A stretch of DNA of 64,000 nucleotides. It comes from Candidatus Latescibacterota bacterium (GTDB lineage Bacteria; Latescibacterota; UBA2968; UBA8231). The position numbers were made by a program, and so were the translations under genes. The stretch is from assembly GCA_965242865.1 (NCBI GenBank), contig CBDETK010000013.1, positions 5,216,001 to 5,280,000 of the forward strand, given 5' to 3'. Below, piece after piece: positions 39,868-50,116 of the stretch (the stretch's first letter is position 1; each line of letters starts with the position of its first letter). Under the pieces are notes generated by a model, which saw only the letters and a list, made by a program, of their open reading frames with translations, was not told the origin of the DNA and searched no databases.

Positions 39868-42800
39868 TCACTTGTCAGCTCGTTCCTGTTTATCCTCAAA
39901 AGAAGTCCTAACGACTAGCGAATGCTCTAGTTCTATTTCTTCCCACAAGTCGCTTAGCCCCAACGCTTCCAGCCATATCTTATCCGTTCGGTCAGTAATG
40001 TGACGACAACGAGCCAAGTTGAAGTTTCCTATATTCTTTCCTGCATTCAACTTAAATACTAAGTTTTCATTCATTGCATTCTGCAATTCCGGTAGAGAGG
40101 TTAAGAGACGCTTTTGTTGGCGTCCATTAAGTTGTCTTGGCCCGAACGGGGCACTTGTGAAGCTGTTCTGGGTTACGTGAAAATCATCTCCTACAGCTAT
40201 CCACCATACGAACATTATCAAGCTGTTCCCAAGAAGCATGATCAGATCTCTGTTGTCTTGCTGAAGAAATCGGACAGTTCCGTACTGAGTCTGACTTATA
40301 GGGCGAGCACCCGCACCAAATGCCGGAGGCTGCTTTACACAGAAAGTCAGCCAATTATAGGCGGTCTGCTTGAAGTGAAGAGGGTATCCTTCATTACGGC
40401 GGTGAGACAGCTCGTTCCTGAGCCGATAATCGCCACCCTCCAGTAGAGCCTCGATACTCTGCAACAGGCGGGCACTACCTATTTTAGGAACCAGTCCCTC
40501 GAACGCCTCTGGAGAGAAAACAGAGTACCACAGACGGTCAAATAACGCTGGCCGCTCGGAGTCGAACCATCGATGTAGTCGCGTAGTGAAACAACGTCTA
40601 GGCGATTTGGATGATTTATGCCCCAAGAATATCGTGTTGCGAACTCGGGTATCGAAGCTGAAAAGAGCAGATGGAATTCTTCCAAAAGATGCGAACCAAC
40701 TGAGACCGCAGTCTTGATAAAGAAGCAATCTCAGATCGGCAAAATCCGAGCTGAAGGTCAAGCTGAGTGGTACTATCATGCTGATACGTCCGTTGGCTCC
40801 GCATAAACTGAGGCTTCTCTCAACAACCATGGCGTATATATCTGGACACACTGCCGTGCGGAATCCTTTCGTGGTATATGACTCGCTCACTTTTCGTTTC
40901 GACACATACGGCGGATTCCCAACAATCACGTCAAATCCACCCCTGTGCATGACATCGTAGAACTCGACGAACCAGTGGAAGGGCTGGTGGCTGGTACGCC
41001 ATTTCTGGTAGGCAGTCTCGTCGTCAGGTTTGACGCCGTACTCGGTCGCTAAGTAGCTATCCAGCTCGCCTCGTAATCCATCAAGCCGCTCCCGCAGTTC
41101 GACCTTCGCCGCTGCAAAATCCCCCGCGTCCATGCCTTCCACCGTCTGCATACGCTGAAACATACGAAAGGCTTGGGCCGCAATCTCAGCGCGTTCCTCA
41201 ATGTCCGGCAGGGCCAACTGCTTGATCAGGTCGCCACTCAGCGTCTGTCGGATTTCCTCCAGCGAAGTAAACCCAACCAATGTGTTGCCGGGGCGGATGT
41301 TGAAATCAATGTCTGGCAGTGGCTCGATCTGGTCGTAGGTCTCCAACTGAGCGACCAACTTGAGAAACAAACGCAGCTTACATATCTCGACCGCCTCTTC
41401 CATGATGTCCACGCCGTACAGATTGTTGAGCACGATGGACTTGAGGATGAAATACCGGGAGCTGGGATGCTTCTTGACCTCCTCTAAAACGTCCCTGAAG
41501 TCGCTGAGTGTTTTTGGATGATGGGGCCGCTCTGATCGCTCAAGATCGTCGCGAAAGCCCTGCATTCCTTCCAGACATGCTGTGTAGAGCGGTTCGAGGA
41601 TATTGAGCGCGGCGAACAGGAACGCGCCAGAGCCGCACGTGGGGTCGAGCACGGACACATCGCGCATCCCATGCCAAAACGCACGCAAAAGCTCCGGCCC
41701 TTCGCTCTGGACGATGACATCCTTTGCGAATTGTTCGATGTCCAAGTTCAGAGTGATGAGGTCGTTGACGTTTTGAACCTTGCCCGAGGCGAGTTGCTCG
41801 CGGACTTCGGCGTATCGCTGGCGGCGAGCCACCACCTCGCGCCAAGTTTCGGTAGGAAGCGCGTATTCGTCAGCAGCCGGAGTGTTCCATCCGCCCCGCT
41901 TGGACACGTCATCGATTCCCGCGGCGATCTCCTCCGGTAACTCAATGGGCTGTTCTAAACGCTCGGGATCGACATCCGGTGAGTATCTCCAAGCCACTCC
42001 GTGCGCCACAGCGGGGTAGATGTACCGATCGGGATCGTCCTGCAAGAGCCGCCACACGCCGCCATCCGGCAGGAACGCCACCGGGCATTTCTTTTTGGCA
42101 GCGTCGAAGAGGAATGGGATGACCGTGTTTCGGGTGATATAGCCGGTGATGTCCTCCTTGGTGTAATAGGCCCCCATCTGCTTCTGATTGATGTACTTCT
42201 CGAAAATGTATCCGAGAACGTCGGGATTGATCTCGTTGTCTTCCCCGCGAGACCGCTCGTCTAGGTGCCAGCGGTAGCCCTCAAAGAAGGCGAACACCCT
42301 CTCGAATGCCTCGTCCGGGATACTGATGTCGGGGTTGTCGCGCTCCAAGTCGTGAACATCGAACAGGCCGCCGTTGAGGAACGGCACCTTGCCCAGCAGC
42401 GCCGCTAGCTCGGGTGCTCTTTCGGATTCCGGCTGTCCCAGCCCTTCGTGGAACAGCCGCAGCAGGAAGATGCGGTAGAACTGTTGGAACCGCCCGGCCC
42501 CGCCTTCTGTCTGTTGTACCATGTGCAGACGGTTGCGGAGATAGTCGGTGTCATCATCAAGGAAACCCTGCTTCTGGACGAAGTAGATGAACATCATGCG
42601 ATTGAGCATCAGGGATGCGTACCACTCCCGGTCCCCCTGCTCGGTGATGCCGTCGATAAAGCCTTGGAATGCGTCGAGTTCCTTCCTGAATCGCTCGTAG
42701 AACTGCTTGGTGACCTTTTCGACATCCATCGCCTGTCGGACCCGTGACGCGACCTTGGTGACGCTGAGCCCCTCTTCGCTTTCTAGGCTAAACGCGATTG

Positions 42801-43203
42801 TCTGAAGGATTTGTAGGAGACGATTGCCCTGCTGACCGCTGCGATACGGTTCCTCGCGGCAGGCGTCGGGCTTGCCACGCTCTCGCTTGACCCACTGCCA
42901 GACTTGGAGAGTGTGTTCGGCGTCGATGAAGATGATAATATGTTCGAACGCCAGCTTGGCGACTTGGCGTTCTATCTTTCGTCTGATCGGGTACGATGGG
43001 ACTGAGCCATCGGCATCCGCGCCGCAGACATAGACGACGAAACTAGCCTTCTCCGCCACAGGTTCCAGCGCGTAGTCATGCCCGTCCAGCGAGATCCGTA
43101 CCGATTCGGCCTCGTAGTGGTTCCACCCTAAGCCTTCCACAAGGAGGCTTCGGAAGTCAAAGCTGTGGAGGTATGGGCGAAGTTGATCGGTATCTGCTTG
43201 CAT
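39868..43203 (-). CDS. Large N6-adenine DNA methyltransferase (Eco57I-like MTase plus TRD)
   Basis: 'PFLNGGLF', 'LGYIFE', 'GAYYT', 'DPTCGSGAF', 'VGNPPY'; low-GC C-terminal TRD region. Confidence 0.9.
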   Translation of the reverse strand: MQADTDQLRPYLHSFDFRSLLVEGLGWNHYEAESVRISLDGHDYALEPVAEKASFVVYVCGADADGSVPSYPIRRKIERQVAKLAFEHIIIFIDAEHTLQVWQWVKRERGKPDACREEPYRSGQQGNRLLQILQTIAFSLESEEGLSVTKVASRVRQAMDVEKVTKQFYERFRKELDAFQGFIDGITEQGDREWYASLMLNRMMFIYFVQKQGFLDDDTDYLRNRLHMVQQTEGGAGRFQQFYRIFLLRLFHEGLGQPESERAPELAALLGKVPFLNGGLFDVHDLERDNPDISIPDEAFERVFAFFEGYRWHLDERSRGEDNEINPDVLGYIFEKYINQKQMGAYYTKEDITGYITRNTVIPFLFDAAKKKCPVAFLPDGGVWRLLQDDPDRYIYPAVAHGVAWRYSPDVDPERLEQPIELPEEIAAGIDDVSKRGGWNTPAADEYALPTETWREVVARRQRYAEVREQLASGKVQNVNDLITLNLDIEQFAKDVIVQSEGPELLRAFWHGMRDVSVLDPTCGSGAFLFAALNILEPLYTACLEGMQGFRDDLERSERPHHPKTLSDFRDVLEEVKKHPSSRYFILKSIVLNNLYGVDIMEEAVEICKLRLFLKLVAQLETYDQIEPLPDIDFNIRPGNTLVGFTSLEEIRQTLSGDLIKQLALPDIEERAEIAAQAFRMFQRMQTVEGMDAGDFAAAKVELRERLDGLRGELDSYLATEYGVKPDDETAYQKWRTSHQPFHWFVEFYDVMHRGGFDVIVGNPPYVSKRKVSESYTTKGFRTAVCPDIYAMVVERSLSLCGANGRISMIVPLSLTFSSDFADLRLLLYQDCGLSWFASFGRIPSALFSFDTRVRNTIFLGHKSSKSPRRCFTTRLHRWFDSERPALFDRLWYSVFSPEAFEGLVPKIGSARLLQSIEALLEGGDYRLRNELSHRRNEGYPLHFKQTAYNWLTFCVKQPPAFGAGARPISQTQYGTVRFLQQDNRDLIMLLGNSLIMFVWWIAVGDDFHVTQNSFTSAPFGPRQLNGRQQKRLLTSLPELQNAMNENLVFKLNAGKNIGNFNLARCRHITDRTDKIWLEALGLSDLWEEIELEHSLVVRTSFEDKQERADK

Positions 43204-46200
43204 CAGGCACCCCCTCTGTCTGTGTCAAAGAGTCCCAAGGAGCAGATGATTCGCGGTTCCTGGACCTCAGCGGTGTCCCTGTCCGTTACGCACAGCCGGT
43301 CATCGTTCCACAAGGCAATGACTATATCGGCAAGTTGAGCGTTGTCAATTCCACTGCGGAGCTGCCGATTTAAGGTATCGACTGCTGATTGGCGAAGGGG
43401 ATGCCGGTAAATGTCGTCGAGGGCCTTGTGTAATGAGTCAGTGTCAAACAACAGGCCCTCAATGTCGTCCGCGTACTCTTTGAGTCGGGTATAGGTGCGG
43501 AAACGTGCGCCGGAGGGCTGCCCAAGCTGGCCGCCGATTCTCTTCTCCACTTTCGCGATGTGCTTGACACCAGCGGCGACGAGTTGGTGGTGGCTATCGT
43601 GATGAGGTTGCGCGGAGGTTTCCGGCCTGCACTCTGCGGCGGAGAGGATTTCGAGTTGGGATTCGGTGATGCTCTCGCCGTTTCTGCCAACGTATGCGAG
43701 GGCGTCGTTGCCGTCTGCCGTGCGCGTGAAAACGAGGACTCCCTCCGGGCGCTGCGCGATGGGCGTGTGCTGCCGCGATGAGAACACCACGTCAGGTAGC
43801 CCAGAGATGGCTTTCTCTAGTGTTGGATCCGCGCTAATGGCGTTCTTCCATATCTGGTAGGCATAAGACGCGAGATCAACCTCGCCATCGGGGTCGCCAT
43901 CGAGAATGCCGGCCCGCTCGTGGTAGAGATTGAGAATGGTCTGATCGTCGGCCTCATCCTCGAAGAACACCTCGTCCGCGCCGACGACCTCAGCGTTTTC
44001 TTGGAGGCGCGACTTAACTCGGTTCCGAAGGTTGATAATGCGTTCGACGCCTTCGGCTGGCAGAAACGAGTAGCAAAGTATCTCCTCGGCCTGCTGGCCA
44101 ATGCGGTCAACTCGCCCAGCACGCTGGATTAGCCGGATAATGGCCCACGGCAAGTCGTAGTTCACGATTATCGAGCAGTCTTGGAGGTTTTGGCCTTCGC
44201 TCAACAGATCGGTAGAGATGACGATCCTAAGTTCTCGTTCTGGCTTAATCACGTCCTGCTTCTCGTTGCTCACCGGACTAAAACGCCACGCTATCTCCGC
44301 CGGGTTGGGCGAGTCCCCGGTAACACCTGTCATCGCTTCTACGCCCTTGCGCTCAAGCTGGCCTTCGAGATAACGGACGGTGTCGGCGAATTGGGAGAAA
44401 ACAAGCACCTTCTTGTCTGGAAAGGTCTCTATCAGGAGCTTCTGGAGAGCTTTCAGCTTGGCATCGTGCGCCGGGTTCCAATTTCCATATCTCTGGAGCA
44501 CTTGTAGGAGGGCGTCAATGTCCGACTGGAGATCGGCCTCTAATGCCTTGCCGAAAAGGTCGGGACGGAGCCAGCTAAAGCGTTTTTTGTAGCGTTTTGA
44601 ATACTCTGCGTACCCTTCGGCGGCCCGAGCCTCAAAATCGGGTGCAGTCCAAGACCCCACCTCTGTCGCTGCCGAATCTCCGACTTGGATCTCTTGCTGG
44701 TCGTCGTCAGGATCGAACATGCTTCCTTGTGCTTGGTCTATATCGGAATCGGTGAACCTAGAATCAAGCATTTCGGCATCCTGTGTACCAATCGGTAGCG
44801 GAAGGCCATTCCGAACTGCATGAAGGAATACGCAGTTCCGCAGGATGTGCCGATTCACAGACTGCAAGAAGGCCCAGCCACTGCTTTCGAGACGCTTGAA
44901 CAGATTTATCCGGCAGAACCCTATGAGCCGTTTCCCCGCTCGCGAGAGATTCTGGATGTGCTGTTTCTCCGTTGACGATGGGGGAATCGCCGGTGAATCA
45001 GCCACGTACGTACCTAGTCCGTATCGCGGCAGACTCAACGCACCGATAACATCAACCACAGCTTGGGAGTATAGTTTGGCGTACCGGTCTGTAGGGTCCG
45101 ACTCGTCAATGGTGAACTTGATGGTCTTAGGAACGCGAGTTGGGAAAAACGACTTGCTTCCGTCCTCGTAGGTCAGGTACTTCCGACTTGTCTCGGCATC
45201 GGTTTCGGCGTAGTTGTCTTGGATGAAGCTGCGCGTCCGTCGCACCATGTACAAGCGCATCAGGTCACGCCAATCATCGGCGTATTCACTGAATTCAAAA
45301 GCCGCAAGCGTTCGCGGGTTCGCTTGGTGCGTAGCACTAAAATTGACCTCGCCCAGGTCTTTGAGGAGTTGCTCCGGGCGAACGCCAAGATCCTGCTCTC
45401 CATCGACGAAGAGGCGTAGCTGGCTGGACAAGTCGAGATAGGTCTTGTTATACGGAGTCGCCGATAGCAAGATGCACTTGCTGTCGTTCTCTTGGATGTA
45501 TTCCTGTATCGCCCGGTATCGCTTGCCGCTTTTGTTGCGGAGGTTGTGGCTCTCATCAATGAGGACCAACCGATAGCGGCGGATCTTGGGCAACTCGCCG
45601 ATTACCTTGCTGAGCGAGAGAACCTGCGCCCTTAGACGGTACTGGTGTGCGTAATCCTCCCACATGCTCACGAGATTCTTGGGGCAGATTATCAGGGTCT
45701 CCAGTCCGTAGTCGTCCTCGAAGATACGGGCGACCGCCGTGGCCATCAGCGTCTTGCCAAGCCCAACCACATCGCCGATTAGGACGCCGCCGCGCTTGTT
45801 CAGGTGGAGAGCCGCTATCTTCACTGCGGCGGTCTGGAAGTCGAACATGCGGTTCCCGAAGTCTCGGGGAATCTGGAACTCGGCGAGACCTGCCCGAGCC
45901 TCGTGAGACAGGTGATAGGCCATTTTGAGATAGACCCAGTACGGTGGTATCAGATCCTGCCGTGCCCAACTCTCCTCGATAATTTTGATCAACTCTTCGG
46001 TGATGTCCATGCAGAACTTGTCGGTCCACCTATCTTCAAACCACTTGCTCAGCTTCTTACAGGCGTCTTGATCGAGCACATCCACGTTGAGTTCACCTTG
46101 GCCTGAAAGCCCCGCGAAGGTAAGATTGCTGCTGCCAAGATACCCCACCACGGGACTAACGGGATCGGAGCGAAAACACAGGTATAGCTTTGCGTGAAGT

Positions 46201-46607
46201 GGGTGCCTGAGAAAGAGTTTGACCGCTACTTTGCCAGCCCTGAGCTGGCTGACCAGTCGTTGCAAGGCGGCTTCGTCGTTGTTTGTCGGTACACCAGTCA
46301 CCAACTGATCGCGAAACTCTTCAGCGCAACGCTGTTTCAGGCGAATCGCGGCTTGGTTGTCAATGCCCCGATTATCCAGCGGACTGAACATTTCGCGGAG
46401 CTCGTCATGTGGAAGCCTGTGCATACCCACCAGCACACGTGCTTGGTTGCCTTCCGGCCAGCGCTCTATGTATGAGTCAATGTTCTTCCATCCGCGCAAG
46501 TTGAAGTATCCGACGCAGAAGTCTGCGCGAGCGGACAGCCCTAGAGTCGTCTGGAGAACGGGCAGAAGAGTGGAGTCAGGCGTCAGGTTGTCGAGAATTT
46601 GCGGCAT
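43203..46607 (-). CDS. PLD-nuclease plus SNF2-family helicase
   Basis: 'LHAKLY...GSSNLT' PLD motif; 'DVVGLGKT', 'DESH', 'SATP', 'SEGQNLQ', 'QRAGRVDR'; TGATG coupling to the MTase. Confidence 0.9.
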   Translation of the reverse strand: MPQILDNLTPDSTLLPVLQTTLGLSARADFCVGYFNLRGWKNIDSYIERWPEGNQARVLVGMHRLPHDELREMFSPLDNRGIDNQAAIRLKQRCAEEFRDQLVTGVPTNNDEAALQRLVSQLRAGKVAVKLFLRHPLHAKLYLCFRSDPVSPVVGYLGSSNLTFAGLSGQGELNVDVLDQDACKKLSKWFEDRWTDKFCMDITEELIKIIEESWARQDLIPPYWVYLKMAYHLSHEARAGLAEFQIPRDFGNRMFDFQTAAVKIAALHLNKRGGVLIGDVVGLGKTLMATAVARIFEDDYGLETLIICPKNLVSMWEDYAHQYRLRAQVLSLSKVIGELPKIRRYRLVLIDESHNLRNKSGKRYRAIQEYIQENDSKCILLSATPYNKTYLDLSSQLRLFVDGEQDLGVRPEQLLKDLGEVNFSATHQANPRTLAAFEFSEYADDWRDLMRLYMVRRTRSFIQDNYAETDAETSRKYLTYEDGSKSFFPTRVPKTIKFTIDESDPTDRYAKLYSQAVVDVIGALSLPRYGLGTYVADSPAIPPSSTEKQHIQNLSRAGKRLIGFCRINLFKRLESSGWAFLQSVNRHILRNCVFLHAVRNGLPLPIGTQDAEMLDSRFTDSDIDQAQGSMFDPDDDQQEIQVGDSAATEVGSWTAPDFEARAAEGYAEYSKRYKKRFSWLRPDLFGKALEADLQSDIDALLQVLQRYGNWNPAHDAKLKALQKLLIETFPDKKVLVFSQFADTVRYLEGQLERKGVEAMTGVTGDSPNPAEIAWRFSPVSNEKQDVIKPERELRIVISTDLLSEGQNLQDCSIIVNYDLPWAIIRLIQRAGRVDRIGQQAEEILCYSFLPAEGVERIINLRNRVKSRLQENAEVVGADEVFFEDEADDQTILNLYHERAGILDGDPDGEVDLASYAYQIWKNAISADPTLEKAISGLPDVVFSSRQHTPIAQRPEGVLVFTRTADGNDALAYVGRNGESITESQLEILSAAECRPETSAQPHHDSHHQLVAAGVKHIAKVEKRIGGQLGQPSGARFRTYTRLKEYADDIEGLLFDTDSLHKALDDIYRHPLRQSAVDTLNRQLRSGIDNAQLADIVIALWNDDRLCVTDRDTAEVQEPRIICSLGLFDTDRGGA

Positions 46608-46631
46608 GGCTTGGGCTGTCTTGGAATAAAG

Positions 46632-47531
46632 CTACTCCTCAGCAGTCCGAGTGACGCCCTGCAACCGCGCCGGCACCCCCACCGGCACTCCGCCGCGACA
46701 CACCACCGGAAAGTGCGGGCCGGCCTCGGCCATGGGCGCGCCGTCGGGCAAATCGACGAACTGCTTCATCAGGTGCTCGCCGCTTTGATCAAAACGCGCC
46801 GCGCCGGTCATGTAGTGGATGGCAATGGCGCGCCGGGGCCGGTGCGACTGATTGAAGGGCGAGCCGTGCCAAGTCAGGGAATGATGGAAGGAGACTTCCC
46901 CGCGCAACACCGGCCACGGCCGAGCCTCAACCTCGTCAATCTCGGCGTCGGCGGGCGGGGTAAAGCCCTGCAAGTCCTTGAAGTTTTCCAACAGCGACAA
47001 ATTGCCCTGCGTGCGCAAAAACGCAATCTGGTTGCCCCACTTGTGGCTGCCGGGCACCATCCACATACAGCCGTTGTCCTCGGTCGCGTCGTCCAAGGGA
47101 ATCCACGCCGAGACCGGCGTCATCGGCTTGATGATCGGCCACAAGGGCGCGTCTTGGTGCCAGTAAGTGGAGCCGCCGTAACGGGCGGGTTTGTACTGGA
47201 TCTGGTCGTGCCAGACCATGAGGTCGTCGTGGCCGGTGAGTTGGCTGATCCCGCGGACGACGGCCGGGTGGTAAATCAGCCGCTCCCAAGCCGGCGCAGC
47301 TTCCCAGATATTGACAATCTGCCACACCGGATGCTCGCTGACGCCGGCCCCGCCGGCTAGGTCGCGGAAGGATACTGGCCGCGCCTCGCCCACGGCAAAG
47401 CCGTCCGGGCCTTTGGCCAAAATTTCGTCGAGCGCGTCGCTCAATTCGCCTAATTCCTCGTCGGAGAGCACGCGCCCGCCGTTGAGAAAGCCGTTGCGGT
47501 GGAATGCGTCAATCTGTGCTTGTGCGAGCAT
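46632..47531 (-). CDS. Phytanoyl-CoA dioxygenase family protein
   Basis: 'WHQD', 'WIPLDDA..DNGCMWMVPGSH', 'HHSLTWHGS', 'RRA'. Confidence 0.9.
   Translation of the reverse strand: MLAQAQIDAFHRNGFLNGGRVLSDEELGELSDALDEILAKGPDGFAVGEARPVSFRDLAGGAGVSEHPVWQIVNIWEAAPAWERLIYHPAVVRGISQLTGHDDLMVWHDQIQYKPARYGGSTYWHQDAPLWPIIKPMTPVSAWIPLDDATEDNGCMWMVPGSHKWGNQIAFLRTQGNLSLLENFKDLQGFTPPADAEIDEVEARPWPVLRGEVSFHHSLTWHGSPFNQSHRPRRAIAIHYMTGAARFDQSGEHLMKQFVDLPDGAPMAEAGPHFPVVCRGGVPVGVPARLQGVTRTAEE
46638..46672 (+). repeat. Right 35-bp direct repeat bounding the defence island
   Basis: CTCAGCAGTCCGAGTGACGCCCTGCAACCGCGCCG, inside the 3' end of the PhyH gene. Confidence 0.9.
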
Positions 47532-47557
47532 CGTCCATCCTTTCGGGGTAAAGCGTC

Positions 47558-50047
47558 TTACTGCATTCGCCGGAGCAGCTCGCCCCGCGCCTCGTTGAAC
47601 AGGCCAATCAGCCGCTGGCGGATCGCCTCGTCGCGGAAAACGCCCATCCGCTCGGCCCAAGCGATGCCGCCGTCAAGGTGCGTCAGCAGGTACTGACCCT
47701 CGGCCGGCACAAAGGCCCCGCGTCGGCCCACGTCGATGTAAATCGGCGAGGAATGGGCCATCACCGGACCAGCGTCCGTGTAGTGCGGCCCCCAGCAGCG
47801 CGCCGCAACCCAGCAGGAGCGCTCGGCCTTGAGCGCGAACCGCAGCTCGATCTGCCGGGCAGCCGGGGCGACCACCTCGCGTGCCACGGACGCGCCATTG
47901 CAAATGAGCTCCAGCCCGGCAAGCGGCCAAACGCTTTCGGCCACCGCCACGACCTCGACCGTGCCGCCGGTGCCGGGCAGGTCCAGTTCCTCGCCCATCT
48001 CCCGGCCCTCGACCGTTAGGTCGATCATCGCGCCGGTGCTGGCAAACGCTTGGCCGCGGCGCACGGCTTGGCACCAGTTGGCAAAGGTAAACTCCTCGCC
48101 GGCGCGCAGTTTGACGTACGTGCGCGAGCCGCCCAAAATGCGGCCGTTGGACATCTTGTCCGTGCCACCGACCAGCGGCAGCTTCTGGCCCACGTTGAGC
48201 CAGCGGTAGTAGCCTTGCTCGGCCGAGCTGATCTTTTCGCCCTCCCAAACCCAGCACATCTCGCCGGCGTCGGCGTGGCCCAAGACGATGTTGGCCGCGT
48301 TTTCAAAATCGGGCAGCGGTATGTGCGGCATAACGACCAACCCGCCCTGCTTTTTGCACTCCTCGGCCCAATCGGCCATCAGCGCATCCACGGACCCGCC
48401 GACCCAATCCTCGCTGGCGCCGCCAGTGCAGATGGGCGCGACCAGTTCCTTGAGCCCGAGCAGGCTGATGTGGCCGAGCACGTGCTGCCGGTTTTCTTGG
48501 CTGACCCAAACCAAGTGGTTGTCGCTGCTAGTCGGGGCCAAGCCGCCGGTAAACTCCTCCCACGAGGTAAAGAGCCGGCCCCACTGGCTGGCCAACAGAT
48601 GCACCACATTGAGGTCTTCGGCCTCGGCCTCTAAGTGGGCCGACTGGGAGGACAGGAAATGCACGTGGGTATCCCCCGAATAGTAGCCGCGCTGCTTCAT
48701 GTCCAAGGCGCGTTTGACCTTGAGCGTCAGGGCGCGCTGACCGGGCTTGATCTCGACTCGCTGGCGCAGCGGCTGGTACTCAAAGCCGCGCACGACTTCG
48801 GCGTACACCGGGCCGATGGGCAAGTCGATCTGGCAGGTGCCGTCGATGTAAGCGTAGGGCACGCCCCCGGTCTTGCAATCGCCGCCCACGTCCTCAAACC
48901 ACGCCACATTGACGTCGGCTTGGTGCCCGTGCGGGGCCAGATAGGCCCCGTGCTCCGAGCGGAAGTGGACGCGGGTTCCCACGGGCTGGCCGGTGTCCGC
49001 GTCCTCAACCCGCACGTGGACCCACTGCTTGCCGGTGGGGGCGACGACCTCGATTCGCACCTTGCCTTGGGCGACTTTCTTCTCTTTGAGCACCTCGCCC
49101 CAGCCGATGCGCTCTTCGACATCGTCTCCGGCCTTAATCGCGAGCTGACCGGCGGCTGAGCCGTGGATTTCCAGATAGCCGCCGGCAACTGCTGCTTGGC
49201 CGCCTCGGCCCCAGCCGGCTTCCTCGGAAGTGAGAAAATCCGCGCTCGGCACCCAGAGTTGATCGCGGCGCACGATTTCGCCGCGCTCCATCGCCACTTC
49301 GGGCACTCCTTCGGCCTCGACCCGCAGGGCCACCTCCTGCCGCGCTGGCCAAGCAAAAGGATCGCCCTCCTCGTGGCAGAGCGTAAGACCGGCCACCGCG
49401 AGGGCCGCCGGGCTAGCCGCCAATACTGTGACCGCCGCAATCTCCGCGTCGGGCGCGGGATTTTCCCAGTCGTAGAGCCACCAGCCCTGCAAGTCGCTGC
49501 CCTCGCGGGTAAAAGCCCCGGTCTGCACCATGCCATAGCCGTGCTCGCGACTGTCTAGCGGCACGGAGTAGAAGTGGCGGCAATTGCGGCAGAGAAAGGG
49601 ATGGTGCCCCCAAGGGACCTGCGCGTCGTGGATTTCAAAGCGGCGGCGCAGCGGCTGCTCAACGGTGTGGCCATCGGCATAGCGGACGTGATAGGTTCCG
49701 ATTGCCTCGCCCGTGCCTTCGACCGTGGTCGAGGCCCCCGGCACCGGCGCACAAGCGTGGGCGTAGAGGATGCGACGCGCCTTGGCATGTATCGGAATCT
49801 CGGCCGCTTCGCGCACCGCGCCCCCGGCCTTTTGCGCGACCAACACCACGGCCTTGGCCGCCCCGGCCGCGGCCAAGCGAAAGGGCACCCCCCAAAACTG
49901 CTGCTCGCCCCAAGGCAGCCCCACGAGCGGGGTATGGTCGGGCGCGTCGGCGGGTGCCGGCCACAGCAGGCCGCCTTCGGACTCAACATTGCCGACGCCG
50001 GCATTATACGCTGCACTCAGGTCCAACGGCACAAATGCGTCGCTCAT
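47558..50047 (-). CDS. CehA/McbA-family metallohydrolase
   Basis: 'SGDTHVH', 'QENRQHVLGH', 'GGTDKMS', 'AHSSPIY'. Confidence 0.75.
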   Translation of the reverse strand: MSDAFVPLDLSAAYNAGVGNVESEGGLLWPAPADAPDHTPLVGLPWGEQQFWGVPFRLAAAGAAKAVVLVAQKAGGAVREAAEIPIHAKARRILYAHACAPVPGASTTVEGTGEAIGTYHVRYADGHTVEQPLRRRFEIHDAQVPWGHHPFLCRNCRHFYSVPLDSREHGYGMVQTGAFTREGSDLQGWWLYDWENPAPDAEIAAVTVLAASPAALAVAGLTLCHEEGDPFAWPARQEVALRVEAEGVPEVAMERGEIVRRDQLWVPSADFLTSEEAGWGRGGQAAVAGGYLEIHGSAAGQLAIKAGDDVEERIGWGEVLKEKKVAQGKVRIEVVAPTGKQWVHVRVEDADTGQPVGTRVHFRSEHGAYLAPHGHQADVNVAWFEDVGGDCKTGGVPYAYIDGTCQIDLPIGPVYAEVVRGFEYQPLRQRVEIKPGQRALTLKVKRALDMKQRGYYSGDTHVHFLSSQSAHLEAEAEDLNVVHLLASQWGRLFTSWEEFTGGLAPTSSDNHLVWVSQENRQHVLGHISLLGLKELVAPICTGGASEDWVGGSVDALMADWAEECKKQGGLVVMPHIPLPDFENAANIVLGHADAGEMCWVWEGEKISSAEQGYYRWLNVGQKLPLVGGTDKMSNGRILGGSRTYVKLRAGEEFTFANWCQAVRRGQAFASTGAMIDLTVEGREMGEELDLPGTGGTVEVVAVAESVWPLAGLELICNGASVAREVVAPAARQIELRFALKAERSCWVAARCWGPHYTDAGPVMAHSSPIYIDVGRRGAFVPAEGQYLLTHLDGGIAWAERMGVFRDEAIRQRLIGLFNEARGELLRRMQ

Positions 50048-50116
50048 TGCGGTTTCCTTTCTAACGGTGAAGGGCCGCTCAATATATTCCGGCCAGAATT
50101 CCCGAACAAGGCGGCC

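Larger units (their letters stand above)
34968..46672 (-). mobile_element. Five-gene defence island between direct repeats, no integrase
   Basis: Flanking 35-bp repeats; visibly lower GC inside (esp. 35.6-40.9 kb); all five genes co-oriented and closely spaced. Confidence 0.8.

Noticed and set aside
35643-46607. Calling the island DISARM or BREX
   Set aside because: No DrmA/DrmB (DUF1998) pair and no PglZ, BrxC or BrxL recognisable
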